Notes: a model not told the origin generated them from the letters alone. A stretch of 64,000 bases of DNA from Bacillota bacterium (GCA_018333655.1 JAGXTJ010000034.1:12716-76715), one strand, 5' to 3'; positions 29,413 through 40,216 are shown, counted from the first letter of the stretch. A program made the numbers and translations.

Positions 29413-30759
29413 GTGGAAGTGAGAGCATTCGTCGACCAACTCTTTGCTCTCGGTCATCGCCAAGGCTTTAGCGATATGGAGGCCTATGTGGCGATGCGCA
29501 ATCTCTTTCGCGTTGGGGTATTTAAGTCCGAAATAGATAGCTATACCCTAGCTGAGTCGCGCGGGCTGGCCTTTCGCGGCTTGATTAACGGCCGCATGGG
29601 GTATAGCTTTACCGAGAATCTGGCACTAGACTCCGTTAGAATGCTGGTCGAAGACGCCGCCGCCAATGCCTTGATTATTGACAGTGAAGACATAGAGGAG
29701 ATTTATAGCGGGGTTTTATCGGATACATACCACGAGCTAGACTCTTTTTCACCGGAGCTTGAAGAAGTGCCGGCGGCAGACAAAATAGCTTGGGCGAAAG
29801 ACTTGGAGCAAAAGGCCTATGCTTTGGATAGTAGGGTGTCCACCGTACAAGTCAGTATGGGCAACAGTTCTGGAGAGACGCGCATTATGAACACCCGGGG
29901 GTTAAATTTGGCCCACAAAGGAAACTTTGCCGATAGCTACATCGCGGTGGTGGCCAAGGAAGGTGACGACACTAAGAGCGCCTACGCCTTCTTCTCTTCG
30001 CGTGATTTCGCTAAGTTTGCGCATGCTGAACTAGCCAAAGAAGCGGTACAAGAGGCTACCTCTCTGCTTGGTGCCGAGTCAATTGCCTCTGGCACCTACA
30101 AGGTTCTCTTGCGGCACGATGTCGCTAGCGAGCTTCTCGCTACTTTTGCCTCATCCTTTTCTGCCGAGGCCGTGCAGAAAGGGCTCTCTCTCCTTAAAGA
30201 CAAGCTAGGTGAGGCCATCATGAGCTCGTCTATCACTATCATCGATGATCCCCTCCTCCCTGAACGGCCCAATTCTGCGCCTTTTGACGCCGAGGGCGTT
30301 GCCACCAAGACAAAAACAGTGGTGGGAGAGGGCAAGCTAGTTACTCTGCTGCACAATCTAAAAACGGCGAAGAAAGATGGCGTCGCCTCTACCGGCAATG
30401 CGCATAAGGCGGCGTTCAATGCCCCAGTAACAGTTGCCCCCACCAACCTCTATATTCAGGCGGGCGGCAAGGTGTACGCCGAACTCGTAGCAGAGTTAGA
30501 GAACGGCCTAGTAATCATCGCGGTGCAGGGTACTCATTCCGGTGCCAATCCTGTTTCGGGCGACTTTTCGCTGTCTGCCTACGGCTACCTAGTGGAGGAT
30601 GGCAAAGTAGTTCGCCCCGTCAACCAAATCACTATTGCGGGCAACTTCTTTGCTATGTTGTCAAATATTCAAGGTGTTGGCAACGACTTGCTGTTTAAGT
30701 ACGGTTCTGTGGCCTCCCCCTCCTTGCTTATCGGCTCTTTAGCCGTTTCTGGCAAGTAG
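29413..30759 (+). CDS. pmbA: PmbA/TldE protein
   Basis: PFDAEG, STGNA, ANPVSGDFSL, ITIAGN; no HExxH; follows tldD. Confidence 0.9.
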   Translation: MEVRAFVDQLFALGHRQGFSDMEAYVAMRNLFRVGVFKSEIDSYTLAESRGLAFRGLINGRMGYSFTENLALDSVRMLVEDAAANALIIDSEDIEEIYSGVLSDTYHELDSFSPELEEVPAADKIAWAKDLEQKAYALDSRVSTVQVSMGNSSGETRIMNTRGLNLAHKGNFADSYIAVVAKEGDDTKSAYAFFSSRDFAKFAHAELAKEAVQEATSLLGAESIASGTYKVLLRHDVASELLATFASSFSAEAVQKGLSLLKDKLGEAIMSSSITIIDDPLLPERPNSAPFDAEGVATKTKTVVGEGKLVTLLHNLKTAKKDGVASTGNAHKAAFNAPVTVAPTNLYIQAGGKVYAELVAELENGLVIIAVQGTHSGANPVSGDFSLSAYGYLVEDGKVVRPVNQITIAGNFFAMLSNIQGVGNDLLFKYGSVASPSLLIGSLAVSGK

Positions 30760-30789
30760 TAGCGGTAGTCAGCGAGAGCTATGGTAGTG

Positions 30790-30826
30790 AAAAGAGGCTG
30801 ACTCGAGTAATGCGAGTCGGCCTCTT
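30790..30826. terminator. Terminator hairpin between convergent genes
   Basis: AAGAGGCTGACTCG / CGAGTCGGCCTCTT. Confidence 0.7.
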
Positions 30827-32144
30827 AAAGCTTACGCAGTCCCTTGGGTAGATGATTCTTGACCTGCCCTTGTGAGGCCTTGCCAAGCCCAAGGGGGAAG
30901 CCCTCGCAGCAGATGAGAACCCAGCCTTCTACGTCGAGAGCACAGGGAATGACATGTCCGTGCAGGTAGGAGAGCAGTCTAGGGTCATCGCTTTTATAGT
31001 CAAGGCGCGGAAGATGGGGCGGAGTGAGAGATAGTGCGAAGGCATGGTCGGGGTGAAAGCGCTTCTCGTGTGCTGTGCCGAGCTTAAGACCAAGGCGAAC
31101 GATGCGTACCCCCACCAGGTCAGGCATGCCTCGCGGTATGCGGTAGAGGGTGTCGCCCTGGGCATGGAGGCGCGCGGAGTCTTGGGAGTATGACGGGCCC
31201 GCAAATTCTTGCATCAGTTTCACGGCTTTGCCGGGTGGCGCAGCCGGGCGAAACAAGCGCACTTTAGTCTCTGTTAGTGGTGTCGCTGTGTTCTTGGTCA
31301 GTACGGCACTAAACTGACCTTCGCCAGGCACTAGATGCGGCAGCAGGCGAACAGTTGGCTGATGTAACTGCAGCGAGCTCTCTTTGGCCGCCATATTCGC
31401 CAAAAGCCATTCATTTTCTTCCTCGGCAAAGGTGCAGGTTGAGTAGACCATTTTGCCACCACTGCGTAGCATGTGCAGGGCAGAAGTGAGGATCTCCTCT
31501 TGGCGGGCAGCCGAAGACGCTACGTGTTCGCTCCGCCAGCTTTGTCTTGCGGCGTAATCTTTGCGAAAGAGCCCTTCGCCAGAGCAAGGGGCATCGACTA
31601 GGATGCGGTCAAAATAGTTAGGCAGTGCCCGCGCTAGAACGGCAGGGGGTGAGTTAACCACCGCGAAATTGTCTGCACCGAAAGACTCGAGATTGTAAAC
31701 TAGGGTTTGGGCTCGCGCTGCGTCTACTTCATTGGCGACAAGCAAGCCCTGTCCCTGTAAATGAGCCAGTATTTGCGTGGCCTTGCCTCCTGGTGCCGCT
31801 GAGAGATCGAGTACTTTATGATGCGGTTCTACGTCTAGGGACTCTACTGGGTACATGGCGGACGCATCTTGGATATAGTAGAGTCCAGCCCAGTGCAGCG
31901 GATGCTGTCCGGGCTTTTCGTCACCAGCATAGTAGTAACCCGCACTGCACCAAGGGACTGGTGAAAGGTGAAAAGGCAGCCAGCGTAGAATATCTACAGG
32001 ACTTGTTTTCAGGGTATTAACTCGCAAGGCATAGGTGCGAGGTCCTTCTAGGGCGTCGAGCAATGCCTGCCCATGCTGGGGGTCTCGCGCCAGGATACGC
32101 GCCACAAACAGGGGGGGTAGTGATGGTAACGGCAGCCGAAGCAC
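30825..32144 (-). CDS. rsmF: RsmF/NOL1/NOP2/Sun family rRNA m5C methyltransferase
   Basis: LRVNTLK, GLYYIQDASAM, DLSAAPGGK, DAPCSGEG, YSTCTF, KNHLPKGLR. Confidence 0.88.
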   Translation of the reverse strand: MLRLPLPSLPPLFVARILARDPQHGQALLDALEGPRTYALRVNTLKTSPVDILRWLPFHLSPVPWCSAGYYYAGDEKPGQHPLHWAGLYYIQDASAMYPVESLDVEPHHKVLDLSAAPGGKATQILAHLQGQGLLVANEVDAARAQTLVYNLESFGADNFAVVNSPPAVLARALPNYFDRILVDAPCSGEGLFRKDYAARQSWRSEHVASSAARQEEILTSALHMLRSGGKMVYSTCTFAEEENEWLLANMAAKESSLQLHQPTVRLLPHLVPGEGQFSAVLTKNTATPLTETKVRLFRPAAPPGKAVKLMQEFAGPSYSQDSARLHAQGDTLYRIPRGMPDLVGVRIVRLGLKLGTAHEKRFHPDHAFALSLTPPHLPRLDYKSDDPRLLSYLHGHVIPCALDVEGWVLICCEGFPLGLGKASQGQVKNHLPKGLRKL

Positions 32145-33400
32145 CTTCTTTCCAGAGTAAGCTACTGCCTCTGCTCTACTTGGCCTCGCTCACTGTTTTT
32201 GTTAGCAATTTTAGTTACTTTCCCTTTGGTACCGCTTTTCGCTTCAGTCTCGCTGTGAGCGCCTTTGCTTTGTTCTTGCTCCTACGTTCTGATGTCAACC
32301 CCGCTGTGGGGGGGATAGTCACGGGAGTGGCCATTGTTCTTTTTCGCACCGTGCTCAGCACTTACATGGCGGGCCTGCCCATGGTGCCTGCCTTCTTGCG
32401 CCACTACCCCGCAGGTGTGTACTATCTCTGTTTCGGCAGTGGGTTACTCCTGGCGCGTCACCTCGTAAGTAGCACACCTCTGTACATTATTTCACTACTT
32501 GGTGCGCTCGACTTTTCCTCGAACATCGCTGAACTTATCTTGCGTGGTGATTTTGCTCTGCGCCTTGAGCCAACTATGTTCTACCTGCTTCTAGCGGTGG
32601 CTGCCATTCGAGCCACCTTAACTGGCTTAGCCTATACCGCCTACCTGCAAAAGGAAGATATTCTCAGGCGAGAACAAAGACAAAGGGAGTTTGAGCGCCT
32701 GCTGCTCCTGACCTCAGATGTTAACGGCGAATTGCTGTATTTTGAGCATGCTCTGGAGGATGTGGAGCGAGTAATGCACAAAAGTTACCAGCTGTATCAC
32801 AAACTGCGAGATGACAACCGCGACGAAGCGGCAATTGCGCTCGCGGTGACGCGAGAAATCCATGATGCCAAAAAAGACTTTGCCCGCCTAGGGGCACGCC
32901 TAAACGCAGTATTGCTGCGCGAGCGCGCCGACAAAAGTTTGGCCCTGCACACCTTAGTCGAAGTAGCAGTGAAAGCAAATCAAGCACTGGCCCTTGAGTT
33001 AGGGAAAAAAGTACAGATTCATTCTGAAATTACGGGTGCTGCGGACATCAGCAATTACCATCACGTTCTGTCAATAATCAATAACTTGATGAGTAATGCT
33101 GTCGATGCGATTGTGCATCAGGGCGAGGTTTGGCTCAAGTTGGAGGTTAATGCCAGTAGTTTAGCGGTGACGGTCGCCGATAATGGGGTAGGCATTAACT
33201 TAAGTGACCTGCCAATTATCTTTCGCCCAGGTTTTACGACGAAGTTCAACCCGCATAATGGACAAGCCTCTACCGGTCTTGGTTTAGCGCAGGTGCAGAA
33301 CATTGCGGAGAGTCTCGGTGGCAAGATCACTGTTCGGAGCGAAGTGGGGAGCGGCACCCTGTTTACAGTAACACTGCCTATAGGGGGAAGCTTTGTATGA
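32123..33400 (+). CDS. Sensor histidine kinase (GlnK/YcbA-like)
   Basis: Multi-TM N-terminus, EIHDAKKD, NNLMSNAVDA, DNGVG, GFTTKF, TGLGL. Confidence 0.88.
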   Translation: MVTAAEAPSFQSKLLPLLYLASLTVFVSNFSYFPFGTAFRFSLAVSAFALFLLLRSDVNPAVGGIVTGVAIVLFRTVLSTYMAGLPMVPAFLRHYPAGVYYLCFGSGLLLARHLVSSTPLYIISLLGALDFSSNIAELILRGDFALRLEPTMFYLLLAVAAIRATLTGLAYTAYLQKEDILRREQRQREFERLLLLTSDVNGELLYFEHALEDVERVMHKSYQLYHKLRDDNRDEAAIALAVTREIHDAKKDFARLGARLNAVLLRERADKSLALHTLVEVAVKANQALALELGKKVQIHSEITGAADISNYHHVLSIINNLMSNAVDAIVHQGEVWLKLEVNASSLAVTVADNGVGINLSDLPIIFRPGFTTKFNPHNGQASTGLGLAQVQNIAESLGGKITVRSEVGSGTLFTVTLPIGGSFV

Positions 33401-34257
33401 TAAAGTATCTCTTCTACATAGTTGATGACGATATCGCTATTAGGCGCATGCTTAGGGAGTTTGTCCGTGAGGGGCAGCTCGGCGAAGTAGTTGGTGAGGC
33501 CGAACGGGGCGATACAGCCCTGCAGTTCTTAGCCAGCACACCGGTCGACATTGTACTCGTTGACTTGCTGCTGCCGGACATGGATGGCATAACATTGGTG
33601 CGGTCAGTCAAGTCGAGAGGGGATACTGCCTGTGTGATGATTTCCGAGGTGCAGGCCAAAGACATGGTCGGCGAAGCCTACGAGGCTGGTATCGAGTTTT
33701 TTATCCACAAGCCACTTAACTCGCGAGAAGTACAGGCCGTGTTGGGCAAAGTTAGCGAGACTTTGCGCTTGAAAAGAGCGGTAGGGAATATCTATCGTTC
33801 AGTTTCTGAGATTGCCAGCGTGGAAAGGCCTGCGCCAAGGTCGCGCACCGACCGAGCGCGCGCTAAAATGAGAGGCGTACTGCACGACATGGGGATAGGT
33901 GGCGACAGCGGCGCCCGCGATCTAGAAGAGGCCGCGCTGTTCATTGCCAACTGTCAGGTAGGCGACATGTTCGCGGTGAAGGACTTGCTGTCCTTTGTCG
34001 CGGGGGAGAGTCAGACATCACAAAAAGCAGCCGAACAACGCATGCGGCGTGCGATTTCGGCTGCGCTCCGGCACTTGGCGGCGCTAGGGTTAGAAGATTA
34101 CGGCAACCCCCGTTTTGAGAACTACGCCGCAACCTTCTTTGATTTTAATGAAGTGCGCCGTGAGATGCGTAGTCTCGAAGGGGAGGAAACCTACGGCGGG
34201 AAAGTAAGCCTGAAAGGCTTTCTCTCTGCCTTGGCCCATTACTCACTTGCTCCTTAG
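33397..34257 (+). CDS. Response regulator with YcbB domain (GlnL-like)
   Basis: FYIVDDD, DLLLPDMDG, FFIHKP; C-terminal EQRMRRA..LAALGLEDYGNPRFE..FFDF. Confidence 0.88.
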   Translation: MIKYLFYIVDDDIAIRRMLREFVREGQLGEVVGEAERGDTALQFLASTPVDIVLVDLLLPDMDGITLVRSVKSRGDTACVMISEVQAKDMVGEAYEAGIEFFIHKPLNSREVQAVLGKVSETLRLKRAVGNIYRSVSEIASVERPAPRSRTDRARAKMRGVLHDMGIGGDSGARDLEEAALFIANCQVGDMFAVKDLLSFVAGESQTSQKAAEQRMRRAISAALRHLAALGLEDYGNPRFENYAATFFDFNEVRREMRSLEGEETYGGKVSLKGFLSALAHYSLAP

Positions 34258-34258
34258 A

Positions 34259-35746
34259 CTAGCGGATAATCTTGATGTGCTCGGCAGTGGGGTCCTCAGT
34301 ACCGTAAATCTGGACATCGGCTTTCTTTAGTCTGCGTACATAGTCAATGATGTCCTGCGTCAAGATCTCGCCCGGGCAGATAAGGGGTATGCCCGGTGGG
34401 TAAGACATAAGCATTTCAGCGACGATTTTCCCTTTGGCCTGTTCTAGAGGTACGCGCTTACTGTCAGCATAAAAAGCTTCGCGGGGGAGGTAGGCGAGTG
34501 CGGGAATAGGTGGCAATTCAATCACCTGCTCGCGCACGTCTTGTACAGTGTACTTGCGCGCAATTTCAGAGAGCGCGTGCACTAGGGCTCGTACAGTTTC
34601 CTTGGTGTCAGCGATAGTGACCACACACAAAACGTTGTAGAGATCAGATAGATCCACCTGGATGTGGAAACCCTGACGCAGAATGCGCTCGATTTCAAAA
34701 CCGGTGATACCTAGGGCACGCACATTGATACAGAGCTTAGTGGGGTCGTAGTCATGGCAGCCAAGTTGCCCGACTAGGTCATTGCCATAAACATAGAGAC
34801 CGGGGATGTTGTTGTTAATCTCGTAACGTGCCCAGTTGGCAATGTTGATCGCGTGTGTCAACATCTCGTGTCCGCGGAAAAACGCTTGTTTGCGAGAGAC
34901 GTCAATGGAAGCTAAGAGGGGATAGGAAGGACTTGTTGTCTGGGTCAGATTGAGGGTGGTCTTGGTGTAGTCGTGGTCAACCAAGTCGCCCCGCGTCAAG
35001 AGTAAGCTGCTCTGTGTCATGGAGCCGAGCAGTTTGTGGGTGCTCAACGCCGCCATATCCGCACCTGCCTCCATAGCCGAAATTGGCAGGCCGGGGTGAA
35101 AACACAGATGTGCCCCATGAGCCTCATCGACCAAGACAGGAATTTCGTAATCCTCGGCGATTTCAACGATGCGTTCTAGCTCGGGGGCCATACCATAGAA
35201 AGTGGTGTTAGTAAGCAAAATGGCTTTAGACTCAGGATGCTGGCGCAAGGACTGGCGAACCTCATCCGCAGTAATAGCCATGGCAATGCCAAGGTAGTTG
35301 TCGACATAGGGCTGAATGTAGACGGGCTCGGCTCCGGTGAGAACAAGGGCAGAGACAACAGATTTATGAACATTGCGGGGTACAACTATCTTGTCCCCAG
35401 GGCGTAGCGTGGTCATCATCATGCAGTGAATGCCGGCGGTGGTGCCGTTACTGAGAAAATGAGCAAACTCCGCGCCAAAGGCCTCTGCCGCTAGTTCCTG
35501 GGCCTCGGCAATGGGGCCGTGTGGCTTGTAAATACTGTCTAAATCTGGCATGATAGTGAGATCGATGTTCATGATGTTTCGCCCTACAAAACGGGTGAAC
35601 TCAGGCAAACCTTTGCCGTGCTTGTGCCCAGGTACATGAAAAGAAAGTGTGCCTGCTCTCACATAGCTACGGAGCGCGTCAAATACGGGAGTTCGGCTTT
35701 GCCTGCGCTCAAGTGCAATGCGGGCTTGGTCTTTCCTATTTTTCAA
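34259..35746 (-). CDS. speA: Arginine/lysine/ornithine decarboxylase (class I PLP)
   Basis: FHVPGHK, NGTT, VDEAHGAH, STHK, TTSPSY, YPPGIP; AAGGAGG RBS before TTG 35746. Confidence 0.85.
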   Translation of the reverse strand: MKNRKDQARIALERRQSRTPVFDALRSYVRAGTLSFHVPGHKHGKGLPEFTRFVGRNIMNIDLTIMPDLDSIYKPHGPIAEAQELAAEAFGAEFAHFLSNGTTAGIHCMMMTTLRPGDKIVVPRNVHKSVVSALVLTGAEPVYIQPYVDNYLGIAMAITADEVRQSLRQHPESKAILLTNTTFYGMAPELERIVEIAEDYEIPVLVDEAHGAHLCFHPGLPISAMEAGADMAALSTHKLLGSMTQSSLLLTRGDLVDHDYTKTTLNLTQTTSPSYPLLASIDVSRKQAFFRGHEMLTHAINIANWARYEINNNIPGLYVYGNDLVGQLGCHDYDPTKLCINVRALGITGFEIERILRQGFHIQVDLSDLYNVLCVVTIADTKETVRALVHALSEIARKYTVQDVREQVIELPPIPALAYLPREAFYADSKRVPLEQAKGKIVAEMLMSYPPGIPLICPGEILTQDIIDYVRRLKKADVQIYGTEDPTAEHIKIIR

Positions 35747-35912
35747 TGTGCCGCCTCCTTCTGCCGCTCGCGCATCTTGGCGTGAGTTTGATGACTTATA
35801 CGCGTATAACGTTATATTAAACGCATAGGGGGGAATCTTCAATAGTTCTACAGCAGACATGGCAGGAAATTTTCAGTCCGCGGCAAAGAGCTGGTCAAAA
35901 CGGTGGTAAGGA

Positions 35913-38396
35913 GTGAGCAAAGTGGACGCGCGTATTATATCTCCCGAGGAGTATCTAGGGTTTGCAGTTGGGGCTGACCGCTGCCTTGCTGATTGGGAAC
36001 AAGTAGTGGGGTATTTTCGCCTGGCTGCAGAAGCGAGCCCGAGAATTGCCTTTTCCGTAATAGGTTCGTCTACTGAAGGGCGGCCGCTAGGTGTGGCGAC
36101 CATTACTTCGCCGGAGAATCACCTGCACTTAGAGGAGTTTCGCCAAGTGCAAAAGCTTCTCGCCGATCCAAGGCTACTTAGTAATGACGAAGCAGCTTTG
36201 CTTTTGGATTCAGGCAAGACAGTGGTGCTTATCACCTGTGGCATACATGCTACCGAAGTGGGAGCCGCGCAGATGAGCATGCAGCTTGCTTACGAGCTGG
36301 CGACAGGTGAAGATATAGAGACCAGAGAAATTCTTGCTAACACTATTCTTCTCCTCGTGCCCTCTCTAAATCCCGATGGGCTGGACTTAGTGGTCAATTG
36401 GTATAGAGAAACCCTAGGCACTCGTTTCGAAGGGACGGCCCCGCCTGTTCTCTATCACAAGTATGCGGGTCATGACAATAATCGAGATTGGTTTATGTTT
36501 ACGCAACAGGAGACTCGCCTTGCGGTCCTGCACTTGCACAACCATTGGCACCCGCAAATTGTACTGGATATGCACCAACAAAACGCAGACGGTCCTCGCA
36601 TGGTGTTGCCGCCCTATATTGACCCATACGACCCGAATGTCGACCCCCTTATTAGACAAAATGCCGCCTGGCTCGGTCAAGCTATAGCAGCAGAGCTTAC
36701 GGGCAGGGGTAAAACGGGGGTGATGACAAATGTAATTTATGATGCCTACTCCCCCAATCGCGCCTACCAACACTACCATGGCGGGGTGCGTATTCTTGCT
36801 GAGGTGGCCAGCGTGCGCCTTGCTACACCCATTGCTCTAGACTTCGGTGACTTACAGGCAGGTCGCGGACAGGACCCGAAAATTGCCACTTGGAATCATC
36901 CCGCAGTGTGGCAAGGAGGGGAATGGCGCCTTAGAGACATCGTAGAATATAGTAAGATTTGCGCGTGGGCCTGCTTGCAACATGCCGCCAAGTTTCGCCA
37001 GCAATGGTTGCGTAATTTTTATGCTGTGGGGTGCAAGGCCGTTGCCGCCAAAGAGAGCCCTTATGCCTACCTTGTTCCTCGTGAACAAAGGGACGCCCAA
37101 GTGGCGCGCGAAATGCTCGAAATACTCATGTTTGCTGGGGTTGAGCTTCATGAGGCAGGGCAAGCGTTTGTCGCTGACGGCATAGACTATGCAGCGGGAA
37201 CCCGGGTAGTCCTTATGCAGCAGCCCTATGGTTGTTTCGCCAAAACAATGTTAGAAAAGCAGACCTATCCCGACCTACGTCTTTATCCGGGTGGGCCACC
37301 AAGACGCCCTTACGATTCCACCGCCCATAGCTTGCCCATGCAAATGGGTGTGGTAGCAGTGGAAGTACGGGCAGCCTTTGTGGCCGAACTGACAAAAGTG
37401 ACGCACCTCTCGCCGTTTGTACGGTCTGGTCGGCCTAAGCCAAAAATGAAGTGGCTGTACATACGCCCCGAGGCGAACCGTAGCTTCACGGCCATTACGC
37501 AGATCATAAAAGCTGGTTACCGGGTGTATAGGTTGTTCTACGAGCTAGACTCGCCACGGCTTCCGCCAGGTACCTTTGTCGTTTCTTCCGCGGCCCACAG
37601 GCTGGCTGTAAACTTAAGTGAAAAGTACGGCCTGGAAATCGGCTACCTAGAACATCTAGACCTAGAGGGAGCAGAGCTGCTTAAGATACCCCGTATTGGT
37701 GTCTACAAGAGCCATGTGCCCAACCCAGACGAAGGTTGGCTGAGATTTGTGCTTCTGGAGTATGAATTTTGTTTTGACATTTTAGATGATGCCGCGATAC
37801 GCCACGGGGCTCTTGGCGAACATTATGACGCCATCATCTTACCGTCAGCGCTGACTAAAGTTTTCAGCGAAGGGCACGCACAGGGGACATATCCTGCTCC
37901 CTACACGGGTGGGCTGGGTACACTCGGTGCAAAGGCGCTCTACCTTTTTGTCGAGGGCGGGGGCACGGTAGTTGCTGTTGACGGTGCCTGTGAATGGGTA
38001 GTACGTGAGCTAGCCTTGCCCGTACGGAATGTCGTTGCTAATTTACCTGAGAGCGAGTTTTACGCTCCTGGTTCATTTCTGCGTGTAGCGCTAGACACAC
38101 ATCATCCTTTAGGGTACGGCATGCCTCGCGAGGCCATCGTGGTCTCTAACCATAGTCCGGCTTTCGCTGTAGACAATGGCGGCAAAATAATCGGAAGGTA
38201 CCCTGTGGGCAGCCCCCTTGCGGCTGGATGGTTACTTGGCGGCGAGAAACTACAGGGTAGAGCGGCGCTAGTAGAGTGTTCTCTTGGGCTAGGTAGAATC
38301 ATCTTATGTGGCTTTCGTCCTTATTTTCGGGCCCAAGCGAGAGGAACATACAAGGTGCTTTTTAATGCGTTACTGCACTCTGTCCTAGAAAGGTAG
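35913..38396 (+). CDS. M14 zinc carboxypeptidase with a C-terminal GATase-like domain
   Basis: GIHATE, NPDG, DNNRDW, DMHQ; later DEGWLRF..FVEGGGT. Confidence 0.85.
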   Translation: MSKVDARIISPEEYLGFAVGADRCLADWEQVVGYFRLAAEASPRIAFSVIGSSTEGRPLGVATITSPENHLHLEEFRQVQKLLADPRLLSNDEAALLLDSGKTVVLITCGIHATEVGAAQMSMQLAYELATGEDIETREILANTILLLVPSLNPDGLDLVVNWYRETLGTRFEGTAPPVLYHKYAGHDNNRDWFMFTQQETRLAVLHLHNHWHPQIVLDMHQQNADGPRMVLPPYIDPYDPNVDPLIRQNAAWLGQAIAAELTGRGKTGVMTNVIYDAYSPNRAYQHYHGGVRILAEVASVRLATPIALDFGDLQAGRGQDPKIATWNHPAVWQGGEWRLRDIVEYSKICAWACLQHAAKFRQQWLRNFYAVGCKAVAAKESPYAYLVPREQRDAQVAREMLEILMFAGVELHEAGQAFVADGIDYAAGTRVVLMQQPYGCFAKTMLEKQTYPDLRLYPGGPPRRPYDSTAHSLPMQMGVVAVEVRAAFVAELTKVTHLSPFVRSGRPKPKMKWLYIRPEANRSFTAITQIIKAGYRVYRLFYELDSPRLPPGTFVVSSAAHRLAVNLSEKYGLEIGYLEHLDLEGAELLKIPRIGVYKSHVPNPDEGWLRFVLLEYEFCFDILDDAAIRHGALGEHYDAIILPSALTKVFSEGHAQGTYPAPYTGGLGTLGAKALYLFVEGGGTVVAVDGACEWVVRELALPVRNVVANLPESEFYAPGSFLRVALDTHHPLGYGMPREAIVVSNHSPAFAVDNGGKIIGRYPVGSPLAAGWLLGGEKLQGRAALVECSLGLGRIILCGFRPYFRAQARGTYKVLFNALLHSVLER

Positions 38397-38485
38397 ATGG
38401 CGCAGGCGATTGGAAGGGACATCCATTTGCGAGGAAAGGCCTGCTCTGATATTCTAAGAGAAGATGGCGAGTGGAGGAGAAGTAC

Positions 38486-38860
38486 ATGGATTATCGTAAA
38501 ACGAAGGTGCAAGCAGTCATATTAAATGGGCACTATGTCCTCATGGTAAGAACGCCGGGGGGCATTTGGGGTTTACCGAGCGGTTATGCCGAAGAAGGAG
38601 AGACGCCGGATATCGCTCTCTTGCGTGTTGTCAGCGAGACTACCGGTTATGAGGTGCGGGTCAGAAAGCACCTCACGCGTGAGAAGCTGAACGACGAGAA
38701 CTGCAGGCTGTTGCTGACTTTTCTGGCGGAGGGTCTCTCTAAGCAGTACGACCCTAAGGCACATAGGGGCCCCCTCGAAGTAGATTGGCGAAGCATACGC
38801 TCGCCCGAGCTCAAAGAAGAAATCTATGACAAACACTTGGCGGGCAAAGAAAGAATTTAA
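38486..38860 (+). CDS. NUDIX-fold protein with a degenerate Nudix box
   Basis: WGLPSGYAEEGETPDIALLRVVSETTG. Confidence 0.75.
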   Translation: MDYRKTKVQAVILNGHYVLMVRTPGGIWGLPSGYAEEGETPDIALLRVVSETTGYEVRVRKHLTREKLNDENCRLLLTFLAEGLSKQYDPKAHRGPLEVDWRSIRSPELKEEIYDKHLAGKERI

Positions 38861-38886
38861 GGATAGGTAAGTAGGGAGGCGTGAAT

Positions 38887-40065
38887 ATGTCAGAGAAGTT
38901 GCGTTTTGTGGAAGAGGTAGTTAACGATCTCAAAGACAGCGGCTTGTACAATGATATTAAGGTAATCGGCAGTGCCCAAGGGGCCTGGATTGAGATTTTG
39001 GGCCAGAGGGTTCTCAATTTATGTTCTAACAACTACTTAGGCCTCGCTAACGACCCGCGTCTATGTCAGGCTGCCAGCGAGGCCATTGCGACTTTTGGTG
39101 TGGGCCCTGCAGCAGTGCGTAGCATCGCCGGCACGACGGCACTACATGAGGCCCTAGACAAGCAAGTTGCTCAGTTTAAGCGTGTTGAAGCTGCACTGAC
39201 ACTGCAGTCTGGTTTTATGGCCAATGTGGCTGTTATACCAGCTTTAGTGGGTAAGGGCGACACCATTGTCTCAGATGAGCTCAACCATGCCAGTATCATT
39301 GACGGTGCACGCCTAAGCCGCGCCGAGATAAAACCATACAAACATAATGACATGTCTTCACTAGAGGCTATACTCAGTGAAATCAAAACGGGGCGCATCT
39401 TGGTCATCAGCGATGGGGTCTTCAGCATGGACGGCGATATTGCGCCCTTGCCAGAGATCGTGGCCATAGCTGATCGTTTCGGCGCCATGACTATGGTAGA
39501 CGATGCCCACGGCGAAGGTGTTTTAGGCGAGAACGGGCGAGGCATTGTGGACCACTTTCACTTGCATGGTAAAGTTGACGTAGAGGTGGGCACTTTTTCT
39601 AAGGCTATTGGCACCATTGGTGGTTTTGCCGCAGGTAGCACTAACCTTATCAATTATCTGAAGCAAAAGGCCCGTCCTTTCTTGTTTAGCTCCGCACTCA
39701 CACCCGCCGATGTTGCTTCAACCTCTAAGGCGATAGAAATACTGACCGAGAGTGGCGCACTGGTCGAAAAATTATGGGAAAACGCTGCCTACTTCAAAAG
39801 CGGTATGAGCAGCCTAGGTTTTAATATCGGCATTAGTCAAACCCCCATCACCCCAGTTATGCTAGGTGATGTGCAGTTAGCGACGCAATTTAGCCGTGAG
39901 CTGTTCAAACGTGGTGTCTTTGCCACAAAAATAGGTTTCCCCACCGTGCCGCATGGTAAGGCACGCATCCGCGCCATGATCTCTGCTACCCATAGCCAAG
40001 AAGATCTCGACTTCGCCCTCGCCCAATTCGCCATCGTTGGCCGCGCCCTCTCCGTCATCTCTTAA
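38887..40065 (+). CDS. kbl: Glycine C-acetyltransferase (BioF/Kbl family)
   Basis: [38 protein letters not shown]. Confidence 0.85.
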   Translation: MSEKLRFVEEVVNDLKDSGLYNDIKVIGSAQGAWIEILGQRVLNLCSNNYLGLANDPRLCQAASEAIATFGVGPAAVRSIAGTTALHEALDKQVAQFKRVEAALTLQSGFMANVAVIPALVGKGDTIVSDELNHASIIDGARLSRAEIKPYKHNDMSSLEAILSEIKTGRILVISDGVFSMDGDIAPLPEIVAIADRFGAMTMVDDAHGEGVLGENGRGIVDHFHLHGKVDVEVGTFSKAIGTIGGFAAGSTNLINYLKQKARPFLFSSALTPADVASTSKAIEILTESGALVEKLWENAAYFKSGMSSLGFNIGISQTPITPVMLGDVQLATQFSRELFKRGVFATKIGFPTVPHGKARIRAMISATHSQEDLDFALAQFAIVGRALSVIS

Positions 40066-40083
40066 CCTCCCCAATCCCCCCCT

Positions 40084-40202
40084 TTCCCAGTTCTCGTCTC
40101 TATCTTCTTGTTTCCTGCTTCTATCTTCTTACCTCTAACTTCTTGCCTCTTGTCTCTTGTTTCTTATCTCCTGCCTCTTGCCTCTTCTATCTAACCTCTA
40201 GT
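40084..40202. repeat. Degenerate pyrimidine-rich 7-nt tandem repeat, about 17 units
   Basis: ttctcgt ctctatc ttcttgt ttcctgc ttctatc ttcttac ctctaac ttcttgc ctcttgt ctcttgt ttcttat ctcctgc ctcttgc ctcttct atctaac ctctagt. Confidence 0.85.
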
Positions 40203-40216
40203 TAAGGCGGTGTCGT

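Noticed and set aside
28015..30759. tldD/pmbA as part of a RiPP cluster
   Set aside because: No precursor, YcaO or exporter is nearby, so this looks like a housekeeping pair.
40084..40202. CRISPR array
   Set aside because: The period is 7 nt, with no spacers and no cas genes.
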